Assembly: GCA_963743635.1 (NCBI GenBank)
Contig: CAVUQO010000002.1
Location: 64,001 to 128,000 of the forward strand
Direction of reading: 5' to 3'
DNA: 64,000 nt
DNA from: Candidatus Babeliales bacterium
GTDB taxonomy: Bacteria; Babelota; Babeliae; Babelales; Vermiphilaceae
Below, piece after piece: positions 38,445 to 49,103 of this stretch. Each line of letters opens with the position of its first letter. Positions within the stretch are counted from its first letter, which is position 1. Position numbers and translations under genes: made by a program. Under the pieces are notes generated by a model that saw only the letters and a list, made by a program, of their open reading frames with translations, had not been told where the DNA came from and did not search any database.

Positions 38445-40285
38445 ACTTGTCTGATTCAGTATCGGTTTCTTGAGTCTTTGCTGCGTGTTTTTCAAGTTCA
38501 AGTTGGAACAAGCTCTTAGTCTTAGGCGCTGCTGGCGCTGCAGGTGCTGCCGATTTTTCTTTTCTCGGAGCTTCTGAGCGTTCAGTGCGCGGTGATCGGC
38601 TTTCGCCACGATCAGTGCGTTCGCGCTTAGGACTTGCTTCAAGCTTTAAGCTTAAGCCAAGTTTGCGATCTTCTTTATTAACATTGATAACTCTAAATTG
38701 GCTTTTTGGCCAACTTTAAGATATCTTCAACTTTATCAACATTTTGATCAGAAAGTTCAGAAATATGAACTAAGCCTTCAATGCCGGTTGGCAATTTCAC
38801 AAATGCGCCAAAATTGGTGATCTTGGATACTTCGCCTTCAACGATGCTGCCCACTGGATATTCTTGTTCAATGTCTATCCCATGGATCTTGCTTAATTGT
38901 TTAATACCCAGAGAGATTTTCTTGTTATCTTTATCGATAGCAAGAATAACAGCTTCAACTTTATCGCCTTGTTTATAGATATCACCTGGATGATCAATAT
39001 GTTCAGTCCAAGAAAGATCAGAAATATGTACTAAGCCATCAATGCCTGGAATTAATTGAACAAAGATACCAAAATCGGTAATGTTGCTGATGGTGCCTTT
39101 AATCTTTTGACCAACTTTGAATTGTTCATCAACTTGTTCCCATGGATTTTTTTCAAGTTGTTTAATACTCAAGACATGCGGCGATTTTCTTTATCAAGAG
39201 AAACCACAAGCACTTCAATTTCTTGACCAACTTTGAATTTGTCATGCAAGATCATTAATGCGATCGGTCCATGAAACTTCAGAAATATGTACAAGGCCTT
39301 CAACGCCTTTTATCAACTTCAACAAATAGACCATAGTCGGTGATGCTTGAAATCTTACCTTTAGATCTTCTGACCAACTTGAGTGTTTCGCTGCATTTTT
39401 CCCATGGATTATCAGCTAAGTTGTTTAAGCCAAGAGAGATCTTTTCATTTTCTTTATCGAATGAAAGAACTTTAACGGTAATGGTTTCACCAATTTTTAC
39501 CATTTCGCTTGGATGTGAAATGCGGCCCCAGGTCATATCAGTGATATGGAGCAAGTCCATCAACGCCGCCAATATCAATAAACACACCATAATTGGTGAT
39601 ATTTTTAACCAGTACCTTGGAATAACTTGGCCTTCACTGAAGGTATCAAGAATCTTCTTACGAGATTCTGAACGTTGTATCAGAAAGATATTTACGGCGA
39701 GAAATAATAACGTTGCCACGTTTTTTATTAATTTTGATAATGCTTGCCGTAATTGATTTGACCAACATATTGATCAAAATCAGCAACGCGTTGTAAGTCA
39801 ATTTGTGATCCAGGCAAGAATGCAGGAATACCAATATCAACACTCAAGCCACCTTTAACTTTATGAGTAACGATACCTTCAACAGGTTTGTTTTCTTCAA
39901 AGAGCTTAGTAATTTCATCCCATGCTTTGAGTGCTTTTGCTTTTTCATAAGAAAGAATAACATTGCCTTCAGCGCTTTCGATGTTATCAAGGATAACTTC
40001 GATAGCATCGCCGGCTTTAAATTTTTTAAGTTCATGTTCTGAAAATTCATACCGGGGAATGAAGCCGTCAGATTTATAGTTGATATCAACTAAAACGCCA
40101 TCGTTGTCGTTTTTAATGATTTTACCAGTGATTAATTTGCCTTGCTTGAAGGATTCAGCGGTTCCTGCATAAAGGTCTTGCAACTCTTGAAGTTGCTCGT
40201 CATTCAGCACGAGTGCTTCATCTTCCATTAAGCGGGTACGATCCGCTTTGGCAAAATCTTCGGGACGTATAAGTTCTTTTGACAT
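38443..40285 (-). CDS. rpsA: 30S ribosomal protein S1 with multiple frameshifts (probably assembly errors)
   Basis: S1 repeats (AFLPGSQID, LLHITDMTW, GLVHISDLSW, GLVHISE) across ORF fragments; reconstructed C-terminus ...DTESDK* with stop at 38443-38445. Confidence 0.92.
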
Positions 40286-40662
40286 GTAAATACCTCGAAA
40301 TAGCTGTAATAGCTATCGCCTCATAAAAGAGGGTTTAAGGGTTATAAAATATGCTTTATATACTATATCATTTTGAAGGGTTATTGACAAATTAACATGT
40401 TTTTGGATAAAACAGCCAAATTGGCAAGAAATCCGGTCATAAAATAGGTGGAACTTAAATCTGTACTACAGGGTATTACCCGCTATAGATAAGGATTTCA
40501 GGGTATGGTTAATTTGACAAAAAGAATAAAATAGGGTAGATTTAGGTTAAATATCATTTCGATAACTATAGATCAGATCGTGTCCGCGATGGCAGTAAAG
40601 CTTAGCTCATGGCAGTTAAGTTGGTCTGTAGGTATCATTTACCTTACATTAAAGGCACATAC

Positions 40663-42697
40663 ATGTCCCAATTTAAAGACTATACGCTCCGTCCGGAGCT
40701 CCATAAAGCACTTGAAAAACTCGGTATTACAACCCCGACTCCTATTCAAGAAAAAACACTCGCTCATTTACTTACTTCAGATCACGTTGATTTCCACGGT
40801 CAAGCCCAAACAGGTACCGGGAAAACGCTTGCTTTCGGGTTACCATTGCTTCATAAGCTTGATACAGAATTACCTAAAACCCAGGCATTAATTGTAGCGC
40901 CAACGCGTGAATTAGTGGTCCAAATTACCGAAGCACTGACTGCTGCAGGTACTTTCCTTCCTTTTTCAATTGTTCCTATTTATGGCGGTATGCCATTGCC
41001 AAACCAAATACGTGCCCTTAATCGTGGCGCGCACATTGTTATTGGTACCCCAGGCCGCTTAAATGACCTTTTGCGTCGCAAGTCTCTTAAGCTTGATGAC
41101 GTACATACTATCGTTCTTGATGAAGCTGATATCATGCTTGATATGGGTTTCAAAGAAGAAGTGGATGAAATCCTGACTTTTGCGCCAGCAAACCGCCGTA
41201 TTTGGTTGTTCTCGGCGACTATTAAAGATGGTATCGAGCAAATTAAAAAGAACCATATGAAAGATGTAGTTGTTGCGCGCGTAGCTTCAAAAATGGTTAC
41301 CGTCGACGCAACCAAGCAGTTCTATTGTTCAGTGCCACGTAAAAATCGTGTTGTCGCTATTGCTCGTTTTATTGATCAAGCGCCAGGTTTTTATGGCTTT
41401 GTTTTCTGTCCTACTAAGTTGCTTGCAAGTGAAGTTTCAGATGCACTCAGCGGTATGGGCTATCCAGCAAGCGCATTACATGGTGATATGAACCAGACAT
41501 TGCGTAATGCCGTTATTAAAAAATTCAAACAACGCTCATTCTCCATTTTAGTTGCAACTGACGTTGCAGCGCGTGGTATTGACGTGAGTGGTCTTACCCA
41601 TGTTATTAACTATTCATTACCAGAAGATCACGAAAATTATGTCCATCGCATTGGTCGAACCGGCCGTGCAGGACTCGAAGGTATTGCAATAACCTTAGTT
41701 AATCGTAACGAAGTGGGTCATATGTCTCGTCTGGCAAAAAAATTAAATGCAACAATCAATCCGTTAAATGTACCCCGAACTGAAGACATTGCGGTCCAAC
41801 GCATGGAACAAGCGGTTAAGTATTTCGCGGAAAAATCGGTAGAATCTGCTGACGTGTCAGCGTATGTTACTGAGTTGCGTACCAAATTAAGCGAATCTTC
41901 ACCAGAAGCTTTGTTGAATGGTGTAGCGCATCTTTTAGTAGATAAATTCTTCTCAGGTCTTGATAAATCTGATGATTGTGTCGAAAGCGATACTCCATCA
42001 TTTGATGCAAGCAACCAAGAAAACAATGGCTTACAAGAAGTCATGTTGAATGTTGGTACTGATGATGGCGTTTCTGCAGATGAAATCAAAAATGCAGTAT
42101 TGGCATGTAAGGGTATTGAGGAAGATCATATTCTTAAAGCGCGCGTTATTAAACGCCGTTCATTCTTTACCTTTGCCGATGAACATGCAGCAATCGTTAT
42201 CCGTGATTTACGCGGTGTAAAGCTTGGTGGCATGGTATTACGTCCAATGCGTGTATACGATGAACGCGAAGAGCGCTCGTCTCGTGATGGCGGTTCATTC
42301 CGTCGTCGGTCACAAGGTGGCGATCGTAGACGTAGTGGTGGTTTCGGTGGTCGTGAACGCAGTGGCGGATTCGGCGGCGAACGTAGTTTTGGCGGCGGTG
42401 ATCGTCCAGAACGCGGTGGCTTTGGTGGTCGTGAACGTAGCAGCTTCGGCGGCGAACGTAGCGAGCGTCCTAGCTTTGGTGGTGAACGTAGCTTCGGTGA
42501 CCGTCCTAGTTTCGGTGGCGGTGATCGTCCAGAACGCGGTGGCTTTGCTGGTCGTGAACGTGGTGAACGTAGCAGCTTTCGGCGGCGAACGTAGCTTCGG
42601 TGGTGGTCGTGAACGCGGCGAACGCGGTGGCTTCGGCGGTGGTCGTGGCGGCAGCGATCGTGGTGGCTTTGGCCGACGTGATCAAAATCGCGGGTAA
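40663..42697 (+). CDS. deaD: DEAD-box RNA helicase (DeaD/CshA-like) with DbpA-like domain and RGG-rich tail; +1 frameshift near 42577
   Basis: AQTGTGKT, PTREL, DEAD, SAT, TDVAARGID and HRIGRTGRAG motifs; agcagctttcggc versus repeat consensus agcagcttcggc. Confidence 0.85.
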
Positions 42698-42723
42698 CCC
42701 TTCGGTACATACGTACATAAATT

Positions 42724-42762
42724 AAAAAAAGAACCTCCGATGAAAGTCGGGGGTTCTTTTTT
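42724..42762 (+). terminator. Rho-independent terminator
   Basis: aaaaaaagaacctccga-loop-tcggggttctttttt. Confidence 0.8.
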
Positions 42763-42838
42763 GCGTCAATGCTAACTCGATGTGAGCACGCTTATTTAAA
42801 TGGCGGTTCCATCATAGAAATAAGTAAAATTCCCTCCC

Positions 42839-43446
42839 CCCGTTCGTCTCGAGTGTTTTTTTCTTACGCGAAGCGTAGGAAAAAAAGTGCGAGAGATGTT
42901 AAATCGGGTAATTCATATTTTAGTGTGAAATACATGAAGATTTTATAGGGAATATTATTTTATCCACAATCTCTCGCACATTTCTCTCCTTCACTTTGTT
43001 CAGGATAGAAATACTCCCATGCTTCGCTATCCTTCGACAGGCTCAGGACGAACGGGGTGCCGCTCATGGTGAGCATAGTCGAACCACGCAGGGCACGCGA
43101 GACGACTGCGTCCGGCGTAGTTCCGTTAGGAAACGTAGACGGAACGGGATAAGGAATAATTCTTTATCTATTAAGTTCTTAGATCGAGTTCGCGTTAAGT
43201 CATAGATTCTATGCATTTATTTATTTAAAGCCGATCCGCTCATCCTGCGTGCCCTGCGTAGCCTTGGCGAAGCATGGGAGGAGTGCCGTCAGGCCGTCAC
43301 GACTGTGTCCGGCGTAGTTTGCCGAGTCTGAAGACCCCGTCGTCGCCTACGGCTATGTCGGACGTTGCCGGATTAATGACGACAGGCCCGGCCTGTCAGA
43401 CGAAGCTCCAAAAGGAGCGAAGACTGAATAAACGTAGACGGAAGGG
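42839..43446. repeat. Composite region of nested REP-like palindromes
   Basis: Contains tccttcgacaggctcaggacgaacgg (43030-43055), ccgctcatggtgagc..tcgaacca and several cg(a/t)ag hairpins. Confidence 0.8.
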
Positions 43447-44313
43447 CTAGAATCGCGGGTAGAATAGGACGTCAATTTCCTCTTCGCGCGGTTCAATATA
43501 GGAGCGATGGTACAATTTAGTACGAAACACTGCTTGAGCACTTGCGCAAATCCAACCAATTAAAATAAGAAGATAAAAGGCGATCCCTGACCAATCATGG
43601 ATCGCCTTGTTATTAAAAAGATAATAGGCCATTGGTTTTTCGAATAAAATCATGAGCGGCAGAACGCTCAATGCCCATATCAATCCTATCCAAAATTCCC
43701 CTCCAATGATCTCAAGTAATGCGGCACGTGCTATTTTCCATGAATGTTTTAATGATTCTACGATTGAAGTGTTTTTTTCCAGTGCAAGAATTTGAATCAT
43801 AAAAAATACCGTCATAATCCAAACAACTCCTAAGATGATTTGCAGCCCAGTCGCTGGCGTTACCACCCCTATGTTTTCTATTTCCATTGACCAGCCCATG
43901 TTCTCAAAAGGTGTATTCAGCAACGATAAGCAGCTGAGCGTGCCATAAATGATTGCTCCTGCGATGATGGACCATGTCGCTATAATTGGCGCGCGTGGCA
44001 CGACCATGCGTATGGTGTCACGGACTGATGATCGTTGATGTTCGATAATGGTAAACATGTGCACCGAAATGCATGCAATGCCCAAATCGGCAACAATTGC
44101 TTTTACCATCGCTTTGATAACGGGCGTAAATTCAGTGGGTGCTCCACGAGAAATAAGCGCGTAGACGAAATCGTAGGCGCTATGGATACCAAAGATAAGA
44201 TTAAGTAACGCGGGGATGAGCAGATATACAAGCAGTTTTTTATGTTCCCATAACGCTAAAAAACTATCTGATGCAAGCATTAAACCGTTATTGATGTGTG
44301 CTATGATCATCAT
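43447..44313 (-). CDS. Multi-TM membrane protein
   Basis: About 6 hydrophobic helices; SIVESLKHSW motif typical of DUF6159/GDPD-anchor-like proteins. Confidence 0.7.
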   Translation of the reverse strand: MMIIAHINNGLMLASDSFLALWEHKKLLVYLLIPALLNLIFGIHSAYDFVYALISRGAPTEFTPVIKAMVKAIVADLGIACISVHMFTIIEHQRSSVRDTIRMVVPRAPIIATWSIIAGAIIYGTLSCLSLLNTPFENMGWSMEIENIGVVTPATGLQIILGVVWIMTVFFMIQILALEKNTSIVESLKHSWKIARAALLEIIGGEFWIGLIWALSVLPLMILFEKPMAYYLFNNKAIHDWSGIAFYLLILIGWICASAQAVFRTKLYHRSYIEPREEEIDVLFYPRF

Positions 44314-44380
44314 TCTGAGCTCCTCTTTTTCATACTAATTTTTTGTACTATACGAAAGAGGAACGGCAAAATGCAATCTT

Positions 44381-45007
44381 TTAGATGAGTGTGTCGAAAA
44401 TGATGCGGCTCCAGGTTTCCATATGGTCAGCGTATGCGGCGCATTCTTCGAGCGTGAAGAGTGTGCCGCTTTTTAGTTCTGAGTGTACTGAGATCTGATC
44501 TGAATCACCTTCGAGTAAGAGCACGAGTCCGATGTGCACTTTTCCTACCTCATTTGAATCATCATTGAGCATGCCCAGTGAGGTTATGGTGAGATTGCCG
44601 CTATAGGCAACTTCTTCATGAAATTCGCGACGCGCCCAATCAAAAAGCGTTGAGCCTTCTTGCAAATCTTCCGCACGTACATGTCCGCCAATGCCGAGCG
44701 TGAATTTATTTTGCAGACGCGTTTCAGATGCTTTATTGGAGCGCTGCATCAAGAAATAACGATCTTGATACTTGAAAACCAAATAGGGAATAATTTGTTT
44801 GTAGGTTTCATCCAATTCCATCGCTGGCCTTGGTAAAAATTCTTTGTGGGTTTGAATCAAGGAAAGATAGGCATCAATATTCACCGTTTTCAGTCCATGC
44901 CACGCGGCTTCATAGGCAAACAGGGTATCTCTTTTAACCACTAAAATATGTTCGGGAGCGGTTTGAGGTATTGGTTGTGGCGCTGATTGTTGGATGGGTA
45001 TTGCCAT
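44381..45007 (-). CDS. NUDIX-family phosphoesterase
   Basis: KQIIPY, ETRL, LGIGGHV, RREFHEEV, NDDSNEVGKVHIG and ETWS motifs; start MAIPIQ assumed. Confidence 0.85.
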   Translation of the reverse strand: MAIPIQQSAPQPIPQTAPEHILVVKRDTLFAYEAAWHGLKTVNIDAYLSLIQTHKEFLPRPAMELDETYKQIIPYLVFKYQDRYFLMQRSNKASETRLQNKFTLGIGGHVRAEDLQEGSTLFDWARREFHEEVAYSGNLTITSLGMLNDDSNEVGKVHIGLVLLLEGDSDQISVHSELKSGTLFTLEECAAYADHMETWSRIIFDTLI

Positions 45008-45191
45008 AGTGAGATCCTTACATTCGATTGTGGTGATGGGTGTTATTGAGTGTAAAGGGTGTGTCGTTTTTTGCAACTTGTAGTGACAATGTTTGAATTC
45101 TTGATTTATCCACATGCATTTTGCCATGATAGGGTAACGCAAGGTGTGAGTATAGGGGTCCATATGAATTGATCTGAGGGGGAAATCGGGA

Positions 45192-47063
45192 ATGAAAAAG
45201 ATTATAGCGGTTACGGCACTGGCGGTGGCATTCTTGGCATGGCGCATGGGTGCGATGGAGCAGGTCGGGCAAGCAGTTACATTAGTGACCAAAGATGGAC
45301 AAAGCACAGCTATTGCAAAAAACAAGGCCGAACTCTTTGGAACTCTGCATGATCTCATGAGTGATCTATCAGAAGATGATCAGAATAAGCAGAACTTGGA
45401 AATACCGATCAAAGGAATAGCAAAAAAAGCTGACTTGGAGGCGCTCCTCAAAGATCTGGACTGGGTTGAGCAAGTGCGAAGGCAAAAAGAAGCAAACGAG
45501 AGTGAGCAGCAGGTAGCAAGAAGAATAGTAAGTGCTATGCCTCGGGTTGATTTTAATCGACAGATGTTATCGCAGCTAGTAAAGGCATTTGGGGGGGCAG
45601 TTTATTTAGGGCAGATGACATTGCTAGAGCTCTATGCGCGTCAGATCACAGATATGATTATGTCAGATGTATCAATGAGGTTATTGAGTCAAGGCGATCA
45701 GGAATACAGCGACCTTATAACGAAACTTGATTGTAATTTGGTTATTTTGCAATATATGCCAGGGGCTTGGGTTGAGTATTGGTATACGATTAAGCATGAT
45801 CAATCGGTTACATCGGTAGCGATATCAGCTGAGGGCAATAGGGCAGTGATGGGATCGTGGAATAAAGATGTCATGATTGTAAGCAGAGATGAAGCAGGAA
45901 TATGGCAAAACCGCCAAGAGGCCACTAAATTTTCGCATACTGGGGGTATTACATCAGTAGCGATATCAGGAGATGGCAATACGGTAGTAACGGGATGTAG
46001 TGATAATAGTGCAAAGATCTTGGTAAGAGATAAAGATGGAGCATGGCAAGAGCGTTATAGTTGCCAGCCTGCACAGTCACCTTCTGAGGAGAATGTAGTT
46101 TCGGTAGCAATATCAGCGGGTGGTAATGCGGTAGTAATAGGATCGTTTGATGGGAATAGCGCAAAGATCATTGAGAGAGATGCAGCTGGATCGTGGCACC
46201 TGCGTCATACCATTCCGCATGCTGGTGCGGTGCAGGCAGTAGCAATATCAGCAGGAGGAAATAAGGTGGTGACCGGAGCTAGAGACATGAAGGTAAAGAT
46301 ACAGGAAAAAAATGTGGCAGGAACTTGGCATGAGCGTGGCGACATTACGCATGGTGATTTTATTCATGCGGTAGCGATCTCAGCGAATGGTGACAGAGTG
46401 GTGACGGGATGTTTGGATAAGCATGTACGGATTCTAGAACCAAATGCTGGAGGATGGCAAGAGCGTTATAGGTATAAGTATGCGGGCTTTGTTGTATCGG
46501 TAGCGATATCAGTCGATGGCAATCGAGTGGCGGTGGGCTCTGTGGGTGAGGCAAAGATACTGGAAAATACACCAGGAGGATGGAAAGATTGTTATAGCCT
46601 TCCCAATAGTTATAGATCAGTAGCGATATCGGCAGAAGGTGATAGGGTAGTGACGGAAAGTGAGGATAGATTTGCCAAGATCATTGAGAGAGATGCAGCA
46701 GGAAAATGGCGTGAACGGGAGCGCTGTAGAATTAAGTGTGGAGATAGGGTTAATTCAGTAGCGATATCAGCAAATGGCAATGAAGTGGTGGCGGGATCTT
46801 CGGATCATAATGCAAAGATACTACATATCGAAGTATTGAGATATTTGCCGGGGCTGTCTGATTTTGATGGGTTATTACTTATACAGTTATTGTATTGGGC
46901 GTATACGAATAAGCGGAAAATAACTAACGCATGGGTGGGCAAGGTTTTGGGTGATATTTCATGGAAAGACGTAAAACCTCATGAGCAAAGGAAGATTCAA
47001 GAATGGATTCGAGATGTTATGCCTAGATCATTATTTTCCACTGCTTCTTGTTCGCTTCAATAA
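45192..47063 (+). CDS. Secreted BTB/SKP1-like + 8xWD40 repeat protein
   Basis: Signal peptide AWRMGAM; N-terminal VTL.TKDG...LFGTL.DL; 8 SVAIS..G..VVTG repeats; LPGLSDFD. Confidence 0.8.
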   Translation: MKKIIAVTALAVAFLAWRMGAMEQVGQAVTLVTKDGQSTAIAKNKAELFGTLHDLMSDLSEDDQNKQNLEIPIKGIAKKADLEALLKDLDWVEQVRRQKEANESEQQVARRIVSAMPRVDFNRQMLSQLVKAFGGAVYLGQMTLLELYARQITDMIMSDVSMRLLSQGDQEYSDLITKLDCNLVILQYMPGAWVEYWYTIKHDQSVTSVAISAEGNRAVMGSWNKDVMIVSRDEAGIWQNRQEATKFSHTGGITSVAISGDGNTVVTGCSDNSAKILVRDKDGAWQERYSCQPAQSPSEENVVSVAISAGGNAVVIGSFDGNSAKIIERDAAGSWHLRHTIPHAGAVQAVAISAGGNKVVTGARDMKVKIQEKNVAGTWHERGDITHGDFIHAVAISANGDRVVTGCLDKHVRILEPNAGGWQERYRYKYAGFVVSVAISVDGNRVAVGSVGEAKILENTPGGWKDCYSLPNSYRSVAISAEGDRVVTESEDRFAKIIERDAAGKWRERERCRIKCGDRVNSVAISANGNEVVAGSSDHNAKILHIEVLRYLPGLSDFDGLLLIQLLYWAYTNKRKITNAWVGKVLGDISWKDVKPHEQRKIQEWIRDVMPRSLFSTASCSLQ

Positions 47064-47103
47064 TCATAGGGATTCACGTCAGATTTAAAAAAATGGGGGA
47101 AAA

Positions 47104-48951
47104 GTGGAAAGAAATAAAATTATAGCAGTTGCGGCATTGGCGATTGGGATTATTGCATGGCGCATGGGGGCGATGCAGCAGGAAGTTGTGCCAGCAGGCA
47201 TGATTAGGGTGACGTTTGGTGATGGCTCAGCATTGAATGTGCCTATCAATCAAGCGCGTTTATTTGATTATTTTAATGCGATGTTGAGTTCGGAGTTTAG
47301 CGAACAGCAGGCAAGGGCGGTCAATGTACCTGAAATTAGCAGTGACTCTTTTCAGGGGTTGCTGAAAGATCTGGGTTGGGTGGAGCAAGTGCGCGCTCAG
47401 CAACGAGCAAATGAGACGGAGCAACAGGCGGCAAGAAGAATAGTGCAAACGATGCCGCTCGTCGCGCTTGATAGAGATAGATTAAGGTTATTAATAGCAC
47501 AATTACAAGCAGCCGATTTTTTACAGCAACCATCATTGGTAGAGCTCTATGCGCTTCAGATATCAGATATGATCATATCTGATGCATCGATGAGATTGTT
47601 GAGTCAGGGCGATCAAGAATATGGTCAGTTTATAAGGGTCTTAACAACTGATTTACTTCCTCATTTGCGGCGGCATATTGCGAAAAATATGCCAAAAGTA
47701 GCAATATGGGTTGAGCAATATACGGTTCAGCATAATAGTTCGGTTTACTCAGTAGCGATATCAGCAGATGGCAATAGGGTGGTGACAGGATTTGCTGATG
47801 GTACGGCAAAGATAATTGCATGGAATGGCAATGCATGGGTTGAGCAGTATACGATTAGGCATACTCGAGTGGTTAATTCAGTAGCGATATCAGCAGATGG
47901 CAATAGGGTGGTGACGGGATCTTGGGATGATACGGCAAAGATAGTTGCATGGAATGGCAATGCGTGGGTTGAGCAGTATACGATTCGGCATAACAGTGCG
48001 GTTAATTCAGTAGCGATATCAGCAGATGGCAATAGGGTGGTGGCGGGATTTGACGATAAAACGGCAAAGATAGTTGCGTGGAATGGCGTTGCGTGGGTTG
48101 AGCAGTATACGATTCGTCATAATGATTCGGTTGTATCAGTAGCGATATCAGCAGATGGCAATAAGGTAGTGACGGGATCTAGGGATAATACGGCAAAGAT
48201 AATTGCATGGAATGGCGATGCAAATGCATGGGTTGAGCAATATACGATTCGTCATGATGATTCGGTTAATTCAGTAGCGATATCAGCAGATGGCAATAGG
48301 GTAGTGACGGGATCTAATGATAATACGGCAAAGATAGTTGTATGGAATGGCAATGCATGGGTTGAGCAGTATACGATTAGGCATACTCGAGCGGTTAATT
48401 CAGTAGCGATATCAGCAGATGGCAATAGGGTGGTGGCGGGATCTAATGATAAAACAGCAAAGATAGTTGTATGGAATGGCAATGCATGGATTGAGCAGTG
48501 TACGATTACGCATAATAGTTTGTTTGGTCTTTATCTATCTCGTATTTCAGTAGCGATAGCAGCAGATGGCAATAGGGTAGTGATGGGATCCGATTATGAG
48601 GCAGAGATCGTCGTATTGGATGGCAGTGCATGTGTTGAGCAATATACGATTCGTCATAAACATTGGGTTGACTCAGTGGCGATATCAGCAGATAGTAATA
48701 GAGTGGTGACGGGATCTAGGGATAATACGGTAAAGATAGTGGGACTTTTGCCAATGCCGTTGCCAGGGATATCTGATTTTGATACCTGTATATTTGAGCA
48801 TCTATTGGTATGGGGCCAGAGGCGTAGGCAGAGAATATCTAATGCAGGGTGGGCGAGAGATATAGAGAGCAGTATCACATGGCGTGAGGTAGCACCAGCT
48901 GCTAGAGAAAGGCTTCAAACATTAATACGAGAAACAATGCAGCAGCAATAA
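47104..48951 (+). CDS. Secreted BTB/SKP1-like + 8xWD40 repeat protein
   Basis: FDYFNAMLSSEFSE and AADFL (BTB-like); 8 highly similar 43-aa WD40 repeats. Confidence 0.85.
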   Translation: MERNKIIAVAALAIGIIAWRMGAMQQEVVPAGMIRVTFGDGSALNVPINQARLFDYFNAMLSSEFSEQQARAVNVPEISSDSFQGLLKDLGWVEQVRAQQRANETEQQAARRIVQTMPLVALDRDRLRLLIAQLQAADFLQQPSLVELYALQISDMIISDASMRLLSQGDQEYGQFIRVLTTDLLPHLRRHIAKNMPKVAIWVEQYTVQHNSSVYSVAISADGNRVVTGFADGTAKIIAWNGNAWVEQYTIRHTRVVNSVAISADGNRVVTGSWDDTAKIVAWNGNAWVEQYTIRHNSAVNSVAISADGNRVVAGFDDKTAKIVAWNGVAWVEQYTIRHNDSVVSVAISADGNKVVTGSRDNTAKIIAWNGDANAWVEQYTIRHDDSVNSVAISADGNRVVTGSNDNTAKIVVWNGNAWVEQYTIRHTRAVNSVAISADGNRVVAGSNDKTAKIVVWNGNAWIEQCTITHNSLFGLYLSRISVAIAADGNRVVMGSDYEAEIVVLDGSACVEQYTIRHKHWVDSVAISADSNRVVTGSRDNTVKIVGLLPMPLPGISDFDTCIFEHLLVWGQRRRQRISNAGWARDIESSITWREVAPAARERLQTLIRETMQQQ

Positions 48952-49103
48952 TATTGAGAACAAAATGATAACGGCCTCGGGAGAAAGATAAACTTGCCCG
49001 GGGCCGTATCATTATTTCATTGTTTTTGCATGGGCAATTCTGCCAGGATAAGTGATGTAAGGTACGAGATAGGGATTCATATCAGTTTTTAAAAGGGGGA
49101 ATT

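Noticed and set aside
42126..42718. Pro/Arg-rich antisense and alternate-frame ORFs over the helicase tail
   Set aside because: Shadows of the low-complexity GGER/RGG repeat region; the 42224..42697 frame only supplies the true C-terminus after the frameshift.
45008..45358. N-terminal extension of the NUDIX ORF
   Set aside because: Overlaps the divergent WD40 gene start; homology-like sequence begins near MAIPIQ at 45007.
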